From positions 4,154,001 through 4,218,000 of the forward strand of contig CP075496.1 in NCBI GenBank assembly GCA_021613535.1: DNA of 64,000 bases, read 5' to 3'. This document shows positions 1-13,868 of the stretch, piece after piece. Within the stretch, counting starts at the first letter, position 1, and the number at the start of each line of letters is the position of its first letter. This DNA comes from Adineta vaga. Its lineage: Eukaryota; Animalia; Rotifera. The notes below the pieces were generated by a model. The model worked only from the letters and a program-made list of their open reading frames with translations. It was not told where the DNA came from and made no database searches. The position numbers and the translations under genes are program-made.

Positions 1-558
1 TCTTTTTATGTTCTGTGTGAACTTTATCCGTAGCAAGTGTTTTTTTTAATATTCATTACGTCAATATCCGACAATGACAATTCAATAGACAATAATATAA
101 GAAAATAAAAGAGACAAGACATATTTGTCTTATCTTGCAATATAACATTATAAAAGAGATTGTCCATCAATGGCGGTATCTGTTGAAGATTTTTGTTTTA
201 TTATATTGTTATCTATCATGTTATCTACCGAGAAGAAAAAGAGTTCAAAAGTCATTATTCTATCGCTTTCTCTCTTTGGGAAATCTATTTCTTCAAAGTT
301 CAATTGAGATATATAGATGGTGGCATACAAGTGAGATATCTATCTATCTTATGTGTCTCTGATAGAGACATACAAATAGGTCAATTGCACTCGTTTTAAT
401 CAAGAGAAAGTATTTGCTAATTTCCTATTAGAATGATATGTCGGACAAAAGATCAACTAGTTCAAATAAACGTTAACTAGGGGAATGATTTTGAAATGAA
501 ATATTTTCCTTTTATTGGAGATTTTCTTATAATTAACTAGTTCTTTTTCGGATTTATT

Positions 559-582
559 GATGATGATGATGATGATGATGAT
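559..582. repeat. (GAT)n microsatellite
   Basis: About 8 tandem gat units seen directly. Confidence 0.9.
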
Positions 583-2091
583 TATACAGAACTATATATC
601 AATATAATTGATCATTTAAAAAGATTGTTGTTCTTTTCTGTTTCGAACACTAAAGTTGAACAGATGTTGAAAAGAAGGAATTGATATTACTTTGTCAAAA
701 TACAGGAATGATCTTTTAGCAAATATGATGTATTAGAAATTTCTTAATCTATATTACTTTTTCTACTGTAGAAAATTTTTTCTGCAATGAATCATATGTA
801 TATGGTTTATTTTCTCTGATCCGAAGATTTATACAAAAGAACATAATATCAGTAGATCGTGTAATCATTTTTGCCACTTGTTAAACATGATTTTCGGATT
901 GTATATATCTTGAGAATGTAAGGATGTGAATGAAATTTTACCCGACACTCCCTCCCTGGTCTTCATTAGTTGTTTCAATCTCCTCCCGACCTTAGTCTAA
1001 ACCATGGCCAGGACAGTGAAAAGTTTGCTGGCGCTAGCTATCATAGTCACTGGACGCATAACAAGCGAACAAACATACTTTTATATGCATACATAGCCTT
1101 ATATCAGATGAAGAGAAAATGCCATGAAATAATAGTTAATGATTATGATCAACAAAATTTTGATCGGCTTGAAAATCGCTCAACAAAAGTTTATACAATG
1201 TCTTTATACAAATCTTTTCTTCCAATAAATTATCAATGGCAATTGAAAATACTTGAGAACATTTAATGAATGATATAAATTATTGCAGAAGAGAGAATGT
1301 ATCTCATAGGGATACTTGAAAACGACAGGAAAGATAATTTCATTCTCGACTTAATTATCTTCACTATGCAGAGGTCGAGTCAAATCTATAAAATAATAGA
1401 CCATTTATCATATTTAATAGGAAACAGAACAGAGTTCAATTGCACTTTCTCTATTGGAAATTCAACGAACAAAAGTCGTTTTGAATAATAATATGATCTA
1501 ATATAAAGTTTATCTTTTTGACATTCTTTTCGTGTGAAATTCTATTTACTCATGAACTATTGTTGTTAAAATTAAGAAGAAAAGGTTGGGTAAACAATGA
1601 TATTGATCTTTTATTTTGATTATTTAACACAAAATTATCAACACAATACTTTCTATGATTAGAATAAATCGGTTAAGAAGTTCTGCGATTCATCGATCGA
1701 TAAGTTACATGAGAATTAATCACCAAATTCAATTTTATTCAAAAAAGACCAGTGAATTATTTGACGAGATAAATTAATCCATTAATATCCATTTGATATT
1801 TTTAATACATCAATTTTAGAACGAAAAAGCAAGATTGTGAATTTATTGTTATAGACGCAACATACGAACAGAATAATCTTTTCTTACAAACGTAGAACAA
1901 TAACGAAAAAGAATGTCTAGCAGAATTTACAGTTGTTTATGTAAATACGCATACAATTCTTACCTGCCACGCTACAATTTATGCTTTTAATAAAAACAAT
2001 CGAACGAGTACAATTTGTCTTTGATGACATAAACTCAAGATCGAGTTTTTGAAATCTGAATTTGAAAATCTGTACAATTTATCGATCACTA

Positions 2092-3178
2092 ATGTATGCC
2101 TTTCACAACAACAATTATCGTCCCATATTGATCATAGTTCCATCTGTTATTATTGTTGTTGTTTTTATTGCGTATGCAGTCAATTCATCAATACAAATAA
2201 AAACGAGTAAAGTTTTACTAAGAAAACTATTTCAAATCTCATCAAAGTCATCACCAGAATCAAGTATTATATTAAAAGACTCAACAAATATTCAAAACAT
2301 ATCAGAAATGTGTGAAAAATATAATGTATCCGATACTCGACCATTTTTTGATCAAGAATCTTCTCAAACTAATCTTCCTCAAAGAATTTCAAATATGGAA
2401 CACACTCTCATTCGACCACAACTTCGTCTACTACTGTTTAGCTGTTGTTGCATGTGCATATAATGTTGAATCACATGTCGATAATCTTCGTAAGCATATT
2501 GGACCTATAATTGATCTATTTCATCCTTCATCACGTATATTCATGCTCGAAAGTGATTCTACTGATAATACATTACGAAAACTTCGTCAATGGCGTCGAG
2601 TTCAAATACAAACCTATGGTAATCTAAAAGCGATTATACCAAAACGTACTGAACGTATTGCTTATTGTCGAAATAAATTATTAAGTCAAGCACGTGAAAT
2701 TCAACCTGATTATATGTTAGTTGTAGATGCAGATATATTTTCTGTAAATATCAGTTCATTTTTAACAAATTTTGAATATAAAACTTCTGAATGGTCTGTT
2801 ATGACTGCGAATCTAATTGAAAATTATTATGATATATGGGCATTGAGAACTTTATCAGAAAATATACTTAATTATGATGTATGGCATGTTGTATGGGCTA
2901 TGCAAAGAATAAGTAATTATTGTCCACAATCTGTTCGTCACAGTATTATCAATATACATATGAAACCTCTATCGACTGATCGAAATCTTCTAGAAGTTCG
3001 TTCAGCATTTGGTGGTGCTGCAATTTATAAAATGGAAGCAACAAAAAATTGTTTTTATACTGGTAAACCTTATACATGTGAACATGTTCCATTTCATTTA
3101 TGTATGCGAGATAAAAATCAAGCAAGAATATTTATCAATCCTAGATTTACTAATGATAATATCGAAGGAAAAAATTAA
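2092..3178 (+). CDS. Intronless type II membrane GT-A glycosyltransferase (CAP59/GT69-like or GT2-like), with a 1-nt frameshift near 2380
   Basis: ORF 2062-2463 supplies the N-terminal TM anchor (ILIIVPSVIIVVVFIAYAV) and stem. ORF 2312-3178 supplies the catalytic domain (RTERIAYCRN, DxD motif VVDAD, YYDIWALRT, VRSAFGGAAIY, CEHVPFH). Removing one base at aat-ctt-cct-[c]-aaa-gaa joins the two frames. Confidence 0.7.
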
Positions 3179-3825
3179 TATTTATATATTTTTCTATTTA
3201 TTGTTTTCTTTGAAAAAAAAAAGCTGAAATAAAAAATAAGCGTCGACTTCGTCAGTCTTGAATTGACAAGGATGAATATAAATAATTCTTTCATGCGGAA
3301 TATTCCATCTTCATTTTTTTCTGTTTTTCCTACAGATTTTTTGATGAGATCAAAAAATTTTCCTTCTTTTCTTTTTAATTAAAGACGACAAGAGGTAACG
3401 AGGAGAAAAATAAAGCCATCTTCTTTTTTTTCTCTTAGTCCAGATTACAAAAGAATATAGAACTTTTCATTTGATCTTACAATACTTCCGCATAAGTCAC
3501 TTGTCTTTTCATTTCTTTTACATTCCATCTCTATTTGTTGAGTTTAATATTAAAGTGAACCCATATATTCTCGAAATCTTGAGCGACAACATACTCGTCG
3601 ACGATTGTTAAAGAAGAAAAACAACCTAAGCTAAATCTCGTTCGTTGCTTTACTTATTAATAAAATGGTGTTTTTTTCTTATTAAAACGTAAAGTAAACT
3701 ATACAGAGTGAAAACCATTTGTATGAGAAGATATTAAACTGCGTTTTTTTTTCTTCATATAAAAGTACAGTGCAACCAAATAAGAATTAATATTTTCTTC
3801 GGTAGATTATTATACAAAAAATAAA

Positions 3826-4628
3826 ATGGTAATTGGTCCAACGATTCAAGCAGAATTCGAACGAAATCTAGTATGGAAACGTTCATGGCCACGCTGTTTT
3901 CTTGGTCTTTTACTGGTGATAGAAACAGTGATTGGAGTGGTAAAAGATTTCATCGAAAATTTTAGAACTCATTTTCATTCATTTAGGTCATTTTTCTTAC
4001 GGAGGTATTGAATATTTTAATGGATTTTTGGCATACAAATATATTTGGTGGGATCTGGGCATCGTTTGCTATTTTTATCAATTGGACTTTACTCTGTACA
4101 GCTGGTAGAAATAAAAAAATGAACTGAAATTTCTTGTTATTGATTTTTTTCTCGAATTTTAGTTTGCTGTCGATCAACCATCGGTACAGCAACATGCTCG
4201 CTAATTTGGAATATAATTACATTACTTGCATTAGGAGTTTTAATTGCGTTTGATATTATATTTATTTTAAATCCATATACATGTTTACTAACATCAACAT
4301 GTTCAAGCCAACCACAATTCATCAATCTGAATTCTTTAATACAATTAATTCCCGGATTTCAAAATTATACAAGTTATGATTCAAAAAGATTCTTTCTACA
4401 AATTCAAGTGGGTTGTGCTGGTATGTCAACTAAATCCATTAATATTCATTTCATAATATATTCGAAATAATTCTAGGTGCAGCTTTTCTTATCTCATTAA
4501 TCTATATTATAATCTATATTGTATGTAAAGTCAAATTACGTGTACATGTTCAAGATGTTCCAACAAAGGCTAGTGCTCCTCCACTTCCTCCTGGATATCC
4601 AATTGCTCAAGCGCCATATCCAGCTTAA
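3826..4628 (+). CDS. Small four-TM membrane protein (MS4A/CD20-like topology) with a Pro-rich PPxY tail; 4 exons
   Basis: Spliced by hand: 3826-3939, 3987-~4103, ~4162-4421, ~4477-4628. Contains hydrophobic segments, GGIWAS, and a C-terminal PPLPPGYPIAQAPYPA*. Confidence 0.65.
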
Positions 4629-5345
4629 TTATCTATCAAGACCTTATTAAATCTACAGAAATGAACATTTGTCCTTATGTTGTATGTTTGTCATTCGTTG
4701 TTTCGAACGAATAAAAATAAAGTATGCCAATAACTACAGAAAAGTACGAATACGTTAATGTAGGATAATATTTTTCGTCGTTGTTGTGCATTTTTTTCCT
4801 GTTCTTTCATAACTGTTTCGTATGTTAAAGTCGATTGACAACGAAACAGACGTGATATCGATAAATTATATGGTTTATTTCTATGTAATTCTTTTTTTGA
4901 AAGAAATAAGTATTTCTAGATGAGTTTTCAATCAAGAATTGAAAGGTATTATTGTTAATGAAAAGCTACCGAGTAAATTAATACGATGAAAATCATCGAA
5001 AAATTGACAGCTGTAATGTTTTTTTTTTTAATCAAAATACAACCTGTTGGAAAAAACGGCAAATGACACAAGTATCCAAAAAAATTTTGTTTTTAAATTG
5101 ACTAGTCAAATATTCGTTTTTTCTATACATTTAACGAATTTTAAGAGGTTATGACATATCTGCCTTCTTTTTTTCTCTTTCTTTTCCTTGTTACACATTG
5201 AGGACAGATTTTTTTTCTTTCATTTATTAGTAATTCAATCATATATACATAAAGACTTATTTACTACATAATCAGTAAGTATCTGATAAAAGGAATGCAT
5301 TTATAGATCGAAATGAAACTGTTCAGAGAAGATTTTTTTTTAGAT

Positions 5346-7042
5346 ATGAAGTCAATTTGTTCAATAACAAATGATGGATTTTTTCGTTTACTTTTAATTA
5401 CTTCACTTGTATGTGGATTAGAATTTTGTATAGCATCAGCATTTACTTATATTCCACCGATTTTACTTAAAGCAGGAATATCTGAATCATCGATGACATG
5501 GTTAATGGGTTGTGGTCCATTATTAGGATTTCTTCTTTGTCCTGTTGTTGGTCATGCAAGTGATCGTTGTCGATCTCGATATGGTAAACGACGTCCGTTT
5601 ATCGTTGGATTTTGTTTGACAATTATTTTCTGTTTGATACTTATTCCACAGAGTGAAGCAATTGGTAATATGAAAAATAAATATTTCCTTTCAAATTCGT
5701 TTTTGTTATTATTTAGGTGAAATTTTTGAGGCACCGATGACGGTCTTAGTTTATTAGTTCTTACATGTATATTATTTGATTTTGCTGCCCAAGCTTGTTT
5801 TAATCCATGTGAATCTTTAATTTATGATACATGTAAAGGTACATCTCAAGAATCTTCCTGTTTTTTTGTTTATTCATTTATGACATCATTTGGTAAATGA
5901 AAACATTTGACGAATTTCAAAATAAATAACCAATACTTTTGTTATACTAAAGGTGGTTGTTTAGGCTATTTGATTACCGCAACAGATTGGTCAGACTCCT
6001 ATTTAAGTTATTATATGCAAGGACAAGAAAAATTAACATTCTATGTAATTCTATTTTTCTTTTCTATCACACTTTGTTGCACATTAATTTCTGCAAATGA
6101 AAAGATCTCGTTATACAATGATAATCTTGATGAACAAGTGTTAATCAATGACGTACCTATTTTTCATTATCTATTTCCTCTTCAAATTGTAAAATTCATC
6201 TTTTCTTCGATTTCAACTTCGATAAAAACAATGCTTACAATGCCACTTGTTTTACGAAGATTAACATTAGCAGAATGCTGTTCATGGTGAGTTAAACAGT
6301 TCTTTTCTTTTTGACATAGAAATTTGTTTAGTTTTCTTTTAATAAAAAATCTTTAGGTCAGCGATTATGACATTCAATCTATTCTTCACAGATTTCATTG
6401 GTCAAACGGTGTATTTAGGTGATCCCAGTGCTGATGAACTTTCCGAAGAACGTCAAAGATATGATCAAGGTATACGAGCTGGATCATATGGTTTACTTTT
6501 TCATTGTGTTGTGGGTGCACTTTATGCACCATTACTTAAACCATTGATTAATCGATTTGGAATTCATTTAACATTCTCATTTGGAATGTTTACTTTTGCT
6601 TGTTCAATGCTTGTTATGTACATATCTAGGGATATAATTCTTATCAATATTATGGCATCTTTATCTGGTCTAGGCATGGCTTCATTGACATCTATACCTT
6701 ACACACTTGTGATGACTTATCATGCAAATAGAGAAGTATGTTTCGTCGATCAAATGATGTATGCTATGTGATTGATTTCTTTTTTTTTGCTAGATCTATT
6801 TTGCTGACAATGAATTCTTGCAAACACGTGGAATAGGTACAGTTTTAGGTATACTTGATAGTACTTATTTTGCTTCACAAATTCTTTCATCCGTAATCAT
6901 GGGTCATATTATGCTGATATTCAAATCAACATTATCATATATAGTAACAAGTTTTATTCTTGCAATTTGTTCGATTTGTTTTATTAATCGAATTGTAACT
7001 AATCGATATCAATTACAGGAATTATTGAGAAATGATCGATAA
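5346..7042 (+). CDS. SLC45: SLC45 family H+/sugar symporter (MFS), multi-exon
   Basis: Motifs GLEFCIASAFTYIPPILL, SDRCRSRYGKRRPF, LDFAAQACFNPCESLIYD, FFTDFIGQTVYLGDP, RGIGTVLGILDS. A 5'UTR intron lies at ~5275-5343. Confidence 0.9.
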
Positions 7043-7180
7043 TATTTCGTTTCACTAGTTTATAATATAAATAAAAGATATAGTAAAAGATAAACAATGG
7101 AAAAGAAATATTTCGTAGCTGCTTTGATATTATCAGTTGGTAAAAATCACATATAAAATACAAGGAATAACAACGTAGAA

Positions 7181-9372
7181 TCAGAGTTCTGAGAACATTT
7201 TTTTCAATTCATCATAAATTTGTTTCGAATCGGAATGATTTTTATAGATATCAAGTGAACTTTTAATAGCACGAAAACTATTCTGTAAATCACCTTGCTA
7301 AAAGAAAAAAAACAAATATCCACAAAACAACTTGTTTTTTCCAAGAGAAAGTACTAATATTTACCTCATGCATGGATTTACCATAATTAAAATATGGTTC
7401 AAACATATGTGGTGCAAGACTTTGCGCTGTTTGTAAATATGCTTGACCCTTGGGACAAAAAAAATTCAAATAAAATCTTCTTCGATAAACACATGCTTTT
7501 TTACTTACAATTTCATTATTGTTTCTTTGAAGTTCTACCAAACCTAGATTATTGTATGCTTCAGCATGATCATTATTGTGCACAAGTGCCAAACGAAAAC
7601 ATTGAATAGCAAGGTGAATCTCAGTAGTATACTGTTTAACAATAAGAGCAAACAAAATCATTATTATTAACAAAGAAATTCGACTTACTAGTGCCATTTC
7701 ACCAATATTATACCAAATCTCTGCACGTTCTTCATCGGTTGTAACACAGGCTAACGCTTTTAGAAAACAAGCAACAATCATATCATATTGTTGTGCATGA
7801 AAGCAACATAGGGCAATATTGTTAAAGATCGAAGCTGTTGTAACACCCATTTGTAAAAGACGACGATAGAATTTTAATGCTATTTCTGGTTGATCATTAT
7901 AGAAATGATTAGCAGCAATACATGCAGTTGCTTCAATATTCGTATTATTCAATTTTAATACTTGTCGATAATGTTCAATACTTTGTGGAATATCATTGAG
8001 ACCCTAGAAATGAAAAGAATCGAATTTAATGATAAATTTTTGTTTGAACATACCTCATGTATACGAGCAATAGCTTGCACTAAGAATGGTTCTAATGGGA
8101 ATTTTTCTAAACCTTCTTGTAACTTCTTTATTGATGTCAATGGTTGATCAAGACGAAGATATATTTTAGCTAAATATAAATATATATCAACCATTGGTTG
8201 AAGTTCTAATGCAAAGAGATAATATTTTTCTGCATCACGAAACATATCTAAACTGGGAAGAGAAAGATTTTATTAAATTTACAAATAGAATAGACGATAG
8301 TTGTAGTTACCGATGATAACATTTACCAAGTTGTAATAACCACCACCAATCTTTATTTTGAAATAGTTCATTAGCAAGAGTAGCTAATTGGAGTGCCTGA
8401 AAGTAAAGAATGTAGAGTAGAATTGAGTTTTCCAATTGATATTTATGCCCACTGTTCGAATATCATTAGCATGGTGGAATAAATGTTCGAAGAGTGATCG
8501 AGCTATTGCTTGTTTTTGGGCATATTTTGAAAGATTTAATCGACTGACTTGAATAAATGGACCGTCAGGAGTACTTAACATTGAAGCCTAAAAAGGAAAA
8601 CAAGTCATGTCTCATCTTCTTTATCATGTATACTTTAGAATATGGGTTTCATTCAACATTCTTCAATAATTTTACTACTAAATTATTTACGATACAAACA
8701 AATAAGAACTCTCTCTTTTGTCATCGATAAATTAGATGCACTTGTTTCTCACGAATAAGTGCACTCAAAGAATGTCATTACATTTGTTCAATAATTTATG
8801 CTCTTATAAACATTCTTTACTGATTACAATTGAGTTTATTGTCTTACAGTTCCAAGTCGGACAAAACGTCCTGTTGCTGTTGTCACAGGTCTTGCTGTCG
8901 CTGCTGTACGTGCAGTTTTTAAAACATTTTCCATACTTTTTCCACCTTGTGTCGATTGAGTATTTAATCGAACCATACCAGTAATAGGTCGACCTGACAT
9001 AGTCGTTGGTCTCAAAGCTGGACTTGGTCCATTCATTCCTGTATTTGCTGTTGGTTGTCGCATTGATGTACCTGGCATCGGTGCTTGATGAAAGGCATTT
9101 TCATCTAACATATCCGCAAGACCATCATCGGCTATTTCCGTTTCATCAATATATAATTGTTCCGTTAGAGCTCGCATTTTAAGTAACCATGCTACCTATA
9201 ACAATATTTCATACAAAGAAAAAACTTATAAGATTTCTTTTCAAATGCAAAACTGTCTTACCTGATCATTTGGATTTTTATCTAATAAATTCGTTGTAAT
9301 TTCCACACATTCTTCAAATTTTCGTCGACGATAATAACTCATCGCCTCAAATAATGGATCCATTTGTGGCAT
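7181..9372 (-). CDS. TTC8: Bardet-Biedl syndrome 8 / tetratricopeptide repeat protein 8
   Basis: MDPLFEAMSYYRRRKF, RPTTMSGRPITG, TARPVTTATGRFVRLGT, EATACIAANHFYNDQPEIALKFYRRLLQMG; TPR exons; stop at 7181-7183. Confidence 0.95.
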
Positions 9373-9445
9373 GATTTTTTTCGTTGTATTGATCTGATTA
9401 TTCCGAATAGATTGTACAACCATACATTGCATAGAATACCGTATC

Positions 9446-9460
9446 GTTGCCTAGGGAGAT
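9446..9460. promoter_or_regulatory. RFX X-box upstream of BBS8
   Basis: GTTGCC-TAG-GGAGAT (reverse complement ATCTCC-CTA-GGCAAC) fits the RYYNYY-N1-3-RRNRAC consensus and lies ~75 bp upstream of a ciliary gene start. Confidence 0.7.
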
Positions 9461-9733
9461 ATATGTGGCGACACTCTATCAATTTAAAATGCTGATAAAT
9501 ATATAAACATGAACAAATTAATTAAAAATTATATTTGATAAAATTTCAAAAACATATTTTCAAGAGAATATTTCATTTCGAGAAACTTTAATGACATATG
9601 ATGATGTGGTAACTATTGTGATTGGTTGATTGAATTGATTTGCAATATATGTATATGCCTTTTTTCTTTTGAAAAGTAAACTATTTATTCATTCATATTC
9701 ATATGTGTCATTAACTCTTTCATATTTGGAACA

Positions 9734-10501
9734 ATGTTAGGTATATCGTTGAATATTTTCTTAATTTATCTTCTATTTCAAATCAGACAAATTGGTGCTA
9801 ATGAATTAACATTTGAATTACCAGATAATGCTAAAGAATGTTTTCATGAAAAACTTAAAGTTGGTTCGAAATATATGTTAGAATTTCAAGTTGTTACAGG
9901 AGGAAATTATGATGTTGATATGGAATTCAAAAGTCCATCGGGCAAAATTATATATAAAGAAGCAAAAAAACAATACGATCAAATCGAAAAAACTGCAGAC
10001 GAAGAAGGTGTTTATGTATTTTGTTTTAGTAATGAATTTTCCACTATCAGTCATAAAGTTATTTACATAGGTTTGTAGAATTCAAATGGAAATGCGTAAA
10101 AAAAACGGAAGATTTTTCATTTATTTATATAGATTGGAAAGTTGATGGTGATTCAGAACATGAAATTAAAGGAGAAAATCCACAAGTAGCACAAGGAGCA
10201 TTGACAATGGTAAATATATCGATAGAGATATATGTTTTGTTTTGAAAAAATGATCATTTAGATTGAATCAAAAGTCAATAATATCCATGAAAATCTTGAA
10301 AAAACAATTGATTATCAAACTCATCATCGTTTACGTGAAGCAACTGGTCGTGCACGTGCCGAAGATTTACAAGAACGTGTTCAAATATGGTCATTAGGAC
10401 AATTTATTCTAATCATAATTGTTGCAATAGGAACTGTTCTATTACTTCGTTCATTTTTTACTGATCGAAGACCAGCATCTAGCATGTCATGGCATCGTTA
10501 A
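9734..10501 (+). CDS. TMED7: p24/TMED gamma-subfamily cargo receptor (TMED7/TMED3-like); 3 exons
   Basis: Signal peptide, [18 protein letters not shown] domain [34 protein letters not shown]-terminal TM; TAA at 10499-10501. Confidence 0.9.
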
Positions 10502-11877
10502 AACAGTTCGATTCATTGGTGATTGTTCTTCTTTCTTTCTTTCTCTCTCTCTCTATAAATGAATCTTTCATGTTCAATTCGATTATTATTGTTGTTGTTG
10601 TTAGTCTTTTTATTATTATTATTATTATTGTTTCTCATCATTTATTTTAATGTATAGCTCAATTTCTAACTCGCAGACATAAAAAGAAAACTTTTTTCTC
10701 GTTTTTTTTTCATTTTCGAACAACTTAATACAAACACATACCGAGAAAATAAAAGATCATTTACATCCGTCTTGATAAATAAATGTTACTTTTCTTCTTT
10801 GCTACATTATTGTCAGAACAATAATGATAATTGTTCGAAATATTGCATCACAAGAGACAAAAAACAGCAGCTCTATCTGACTAATGCCTTGACATTGAAC
10901 AGCCGGTATTGTTAGCAAAATGAATGTAAAGACGTTTTTTTCTTTCTCCTTTTCTCTGAGATCATACCTGACTGTCAGCAATCGTCCGTTCGGCTTTTTT
11001 TTCTTCTGTTCTTTTGAAAATAATGACATACATTCTTTTTTCATCGACCGAATGCGAACGATCGAGCGTTCTTCCGCGTGGTTACGTCAAATGACGTGCA
11101 CGAACATCAACATATATACATCAACAGCGTCAGCAAAAAGAAAAAGCGAAGGGCGTCAAGTTTTACTTATTTGTTTCTGAAAGAAATACACGATTTGTCT
11201 ACACAGTCAAAGCAATGAAATGAAACCAATAACAAATATAATTGTAATAGTTTATACAACCAAAACAGAAACGTTTATTTAATTTCTAGAGTCTTTTGCA
11301 ACATTATCAATGATCATCAATACAAGAGGACTTATTATTTATATCAGGTTAGTTAACGATTTCTTTTCTGGATCTAGGGTTTAATTTTTATTGAATTGTC
11401 GAGGATCATTCAGAAAAAGAAATAAGAAGTTTAGAGAAGAAAAGTTTCTTTTGTTAGATTCACGTTCATTATTTCTCAATATTGATGAATGAAAAATGCT
11501 TGTTTCATATTACACTTATCGAGAAATGTCTTCCTTATATAACAACAGATTCGATGTCACAGCTATTTTTTTTGTTCATAATCAATATTGATCCTCTTTT
11601 TAATCATCTTACTTATTCTCTTACTTTTCCTACATCATTTTATTGATAGTCTTGTATTCAAATCAAACTCACGAGATTTTCTATTTTTGACATTGATCGA
11701 TAATTATTAGTACAAAATTCTTTGCATTTCTTTTTCGTCGTCATTATCATATCATTTTATTCATCTAACGAGCGCTAGAGAGACAGAAAAACGATCATTA
11801 TGATTATAGTTCGTTCTTTATCTTTTATATATATATATATACATATAATGTTTCGATTTAGAAATCAATAGATAATA

Positions 11878-13868
11878 ATGCATGGATCATTGATTGATTC
11901 GCATCACCGATCATCATTAAGTGGGAATGGAATAGGTAATACATTCTCCTCATCTGAACATACACTTACCGACGATGAACTTATGAATAAAGTATTAGAT
12001 GATATCGATCCGAATGTATCATCGACTAGTATCCGTTTACAAAAAACGACGAGATCTCTTGATGATATTAATGAATATAACGATGATAAAACATTACCAA
12101 TCGATACTACGATGCATTCTGCTAATTTTTTCCGTTGGACTCCTGGCCATCGACATGTGATGTTAACATTTTCTACAATATGTTTATTTGCTTTTATGAC
12201 TGGTGTTGAATATGCAGTTATTCTTCCTACTGCATTTGATTATGTTAAAACAATGAGTAATGCGAATATTTATGTTGGTTTAATTCTTTCGTCTTATAGT
12301 ATATCTGGTTCGATAACGGGAATCATTATGGGAAAAGTTTCTGATGTTACTGGAAAAGTGAAAATTCTTCTTTTAATATCAGCGATCTGTGAAATTGCTG
12401 GAAATATATTATATTTTGTCGGAAATAATATCCGAATTGTCCTTTTAGGACGATTCATTGCCGGTGTTGCAATGGGTGCTGTACCTCCTGTAAGTTATTT
12501 TGAGTATCTATATTATCTATTAGTTTGTATTGTCTACAAAAGATTGTTGCTGATGTCGCTCATCGTACAAAAGAACGTGATCGAACAAAAGCGATTTCTA
12601 TTATTCTTGGTTGTCGACAACTTGGTAGGAATTTTGATGATCTTTGAATCATTCATTGTGTCTCCATTTTTTTCTAGGCTTATTAATTGGACCATGCTTT
12701 ACTCTTCTTATTCGTTTGATGAACTTTCATATAGGCTCCATTCGTGTCTATAATTTAAATGGTCCTGGATTTTTGATGGCTACAATTTGGATAATTTTAG
12801 TTATTGTTTGTTGGTTTTGTTTTCATGATCGAAAACAAATAACAAATACCGATCTACTTTCTTCTTCCTCCTCCTCAAATGGCAATTCACAGCAACATAA
12901 ACATTCAAGATCAGATCATTCTTCTCGTCAAGATGAATATAAAGTTTCATTTAAAACATATCGTGAACAATATCTACGCATTGAAATGATCGTTCTTTTT
13001 TTAGCAACATTTATCACTTATTTCAATCAAACAGCCTTAGAAACAATTGTTGCAGCATTTACAGAAAAACATTTTAAATGGACCGTTGTTCATACTTCAA
13101 TTCTATTTGCTTTTGCTGGTCTTGAAATCATTCTTGTATATTTAGCACTTGTTAAAATCTTCTCCAAACGTTTTGAAGATCGTGTTTTACTTATTTTTGG
13201 TTTTATTTCATTAACACTTGCTTGTGTAATTGGAACTTTTCTTACATGGGCATCTCATTCATTACAGTGGTTTGGTCCTACAAGTACAGGCGGTGTAAAT
13301 AAACAATTACTTGCTCTATTTATTGCCTTCGTTATTTTTGATTTACTTGGTTTACCATTTATTGCTGCAACAAGTGTATCACTTTTTACGAAATTAACAA
13401 ATAATGAATTACAAGGATTTTCTCAAGGTGTCCAAAGATCGGTTATGGGAATTGGAACAATTGGTAGAATAATCTCATTTCTCAATTATACATAAGTATG
13501 ATTCTCTTGTTTTTCTTCTAGTCGGTCCATTATTTGCTTCATCACTTCTAAATCGTCTACATATTATGATGGCAACAATGCTTGCATTGATATTTTTAAC
13601 ATCAATTGCAATTCTTATCGTTATTAAACGTTTACGTCCATCAACAGAAAAAACTGAAACAGATGATTTAGAAGATATTAATAACAATATACATAATCGT
13701 ACATCATCACCAAAAAATGACACGAATCAATCACCATCCGGATTGATTTTATCATCGAAAAATTCCTATGTAACACTTATTCAACATGATGATGATTTAC
13801 TTCCAATAACGAATCATTCCAATGGTGATGTACAACACCGAACTGTGAATCATCAAAAGAAAATCTAG
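11878..13868 (+). CDS. MFSD8: MFS transporter, MFSD8/CLN7-like
   Basis: FMTGVEYAVILPT, GNILYF, LLGRFIAGVAMG, NGPGFLMA, QGFSQGVQRSVMGIG; about 4 coding exons. Confidence 0.8.

Noticed and set aside
135-1488. Short ORFs at the window start and similar F/L/I-rich short ORFs elsewhere
   Set aside because: Their composition is typical of random AT-rich non-coding DNA, with no motifs or splice support.
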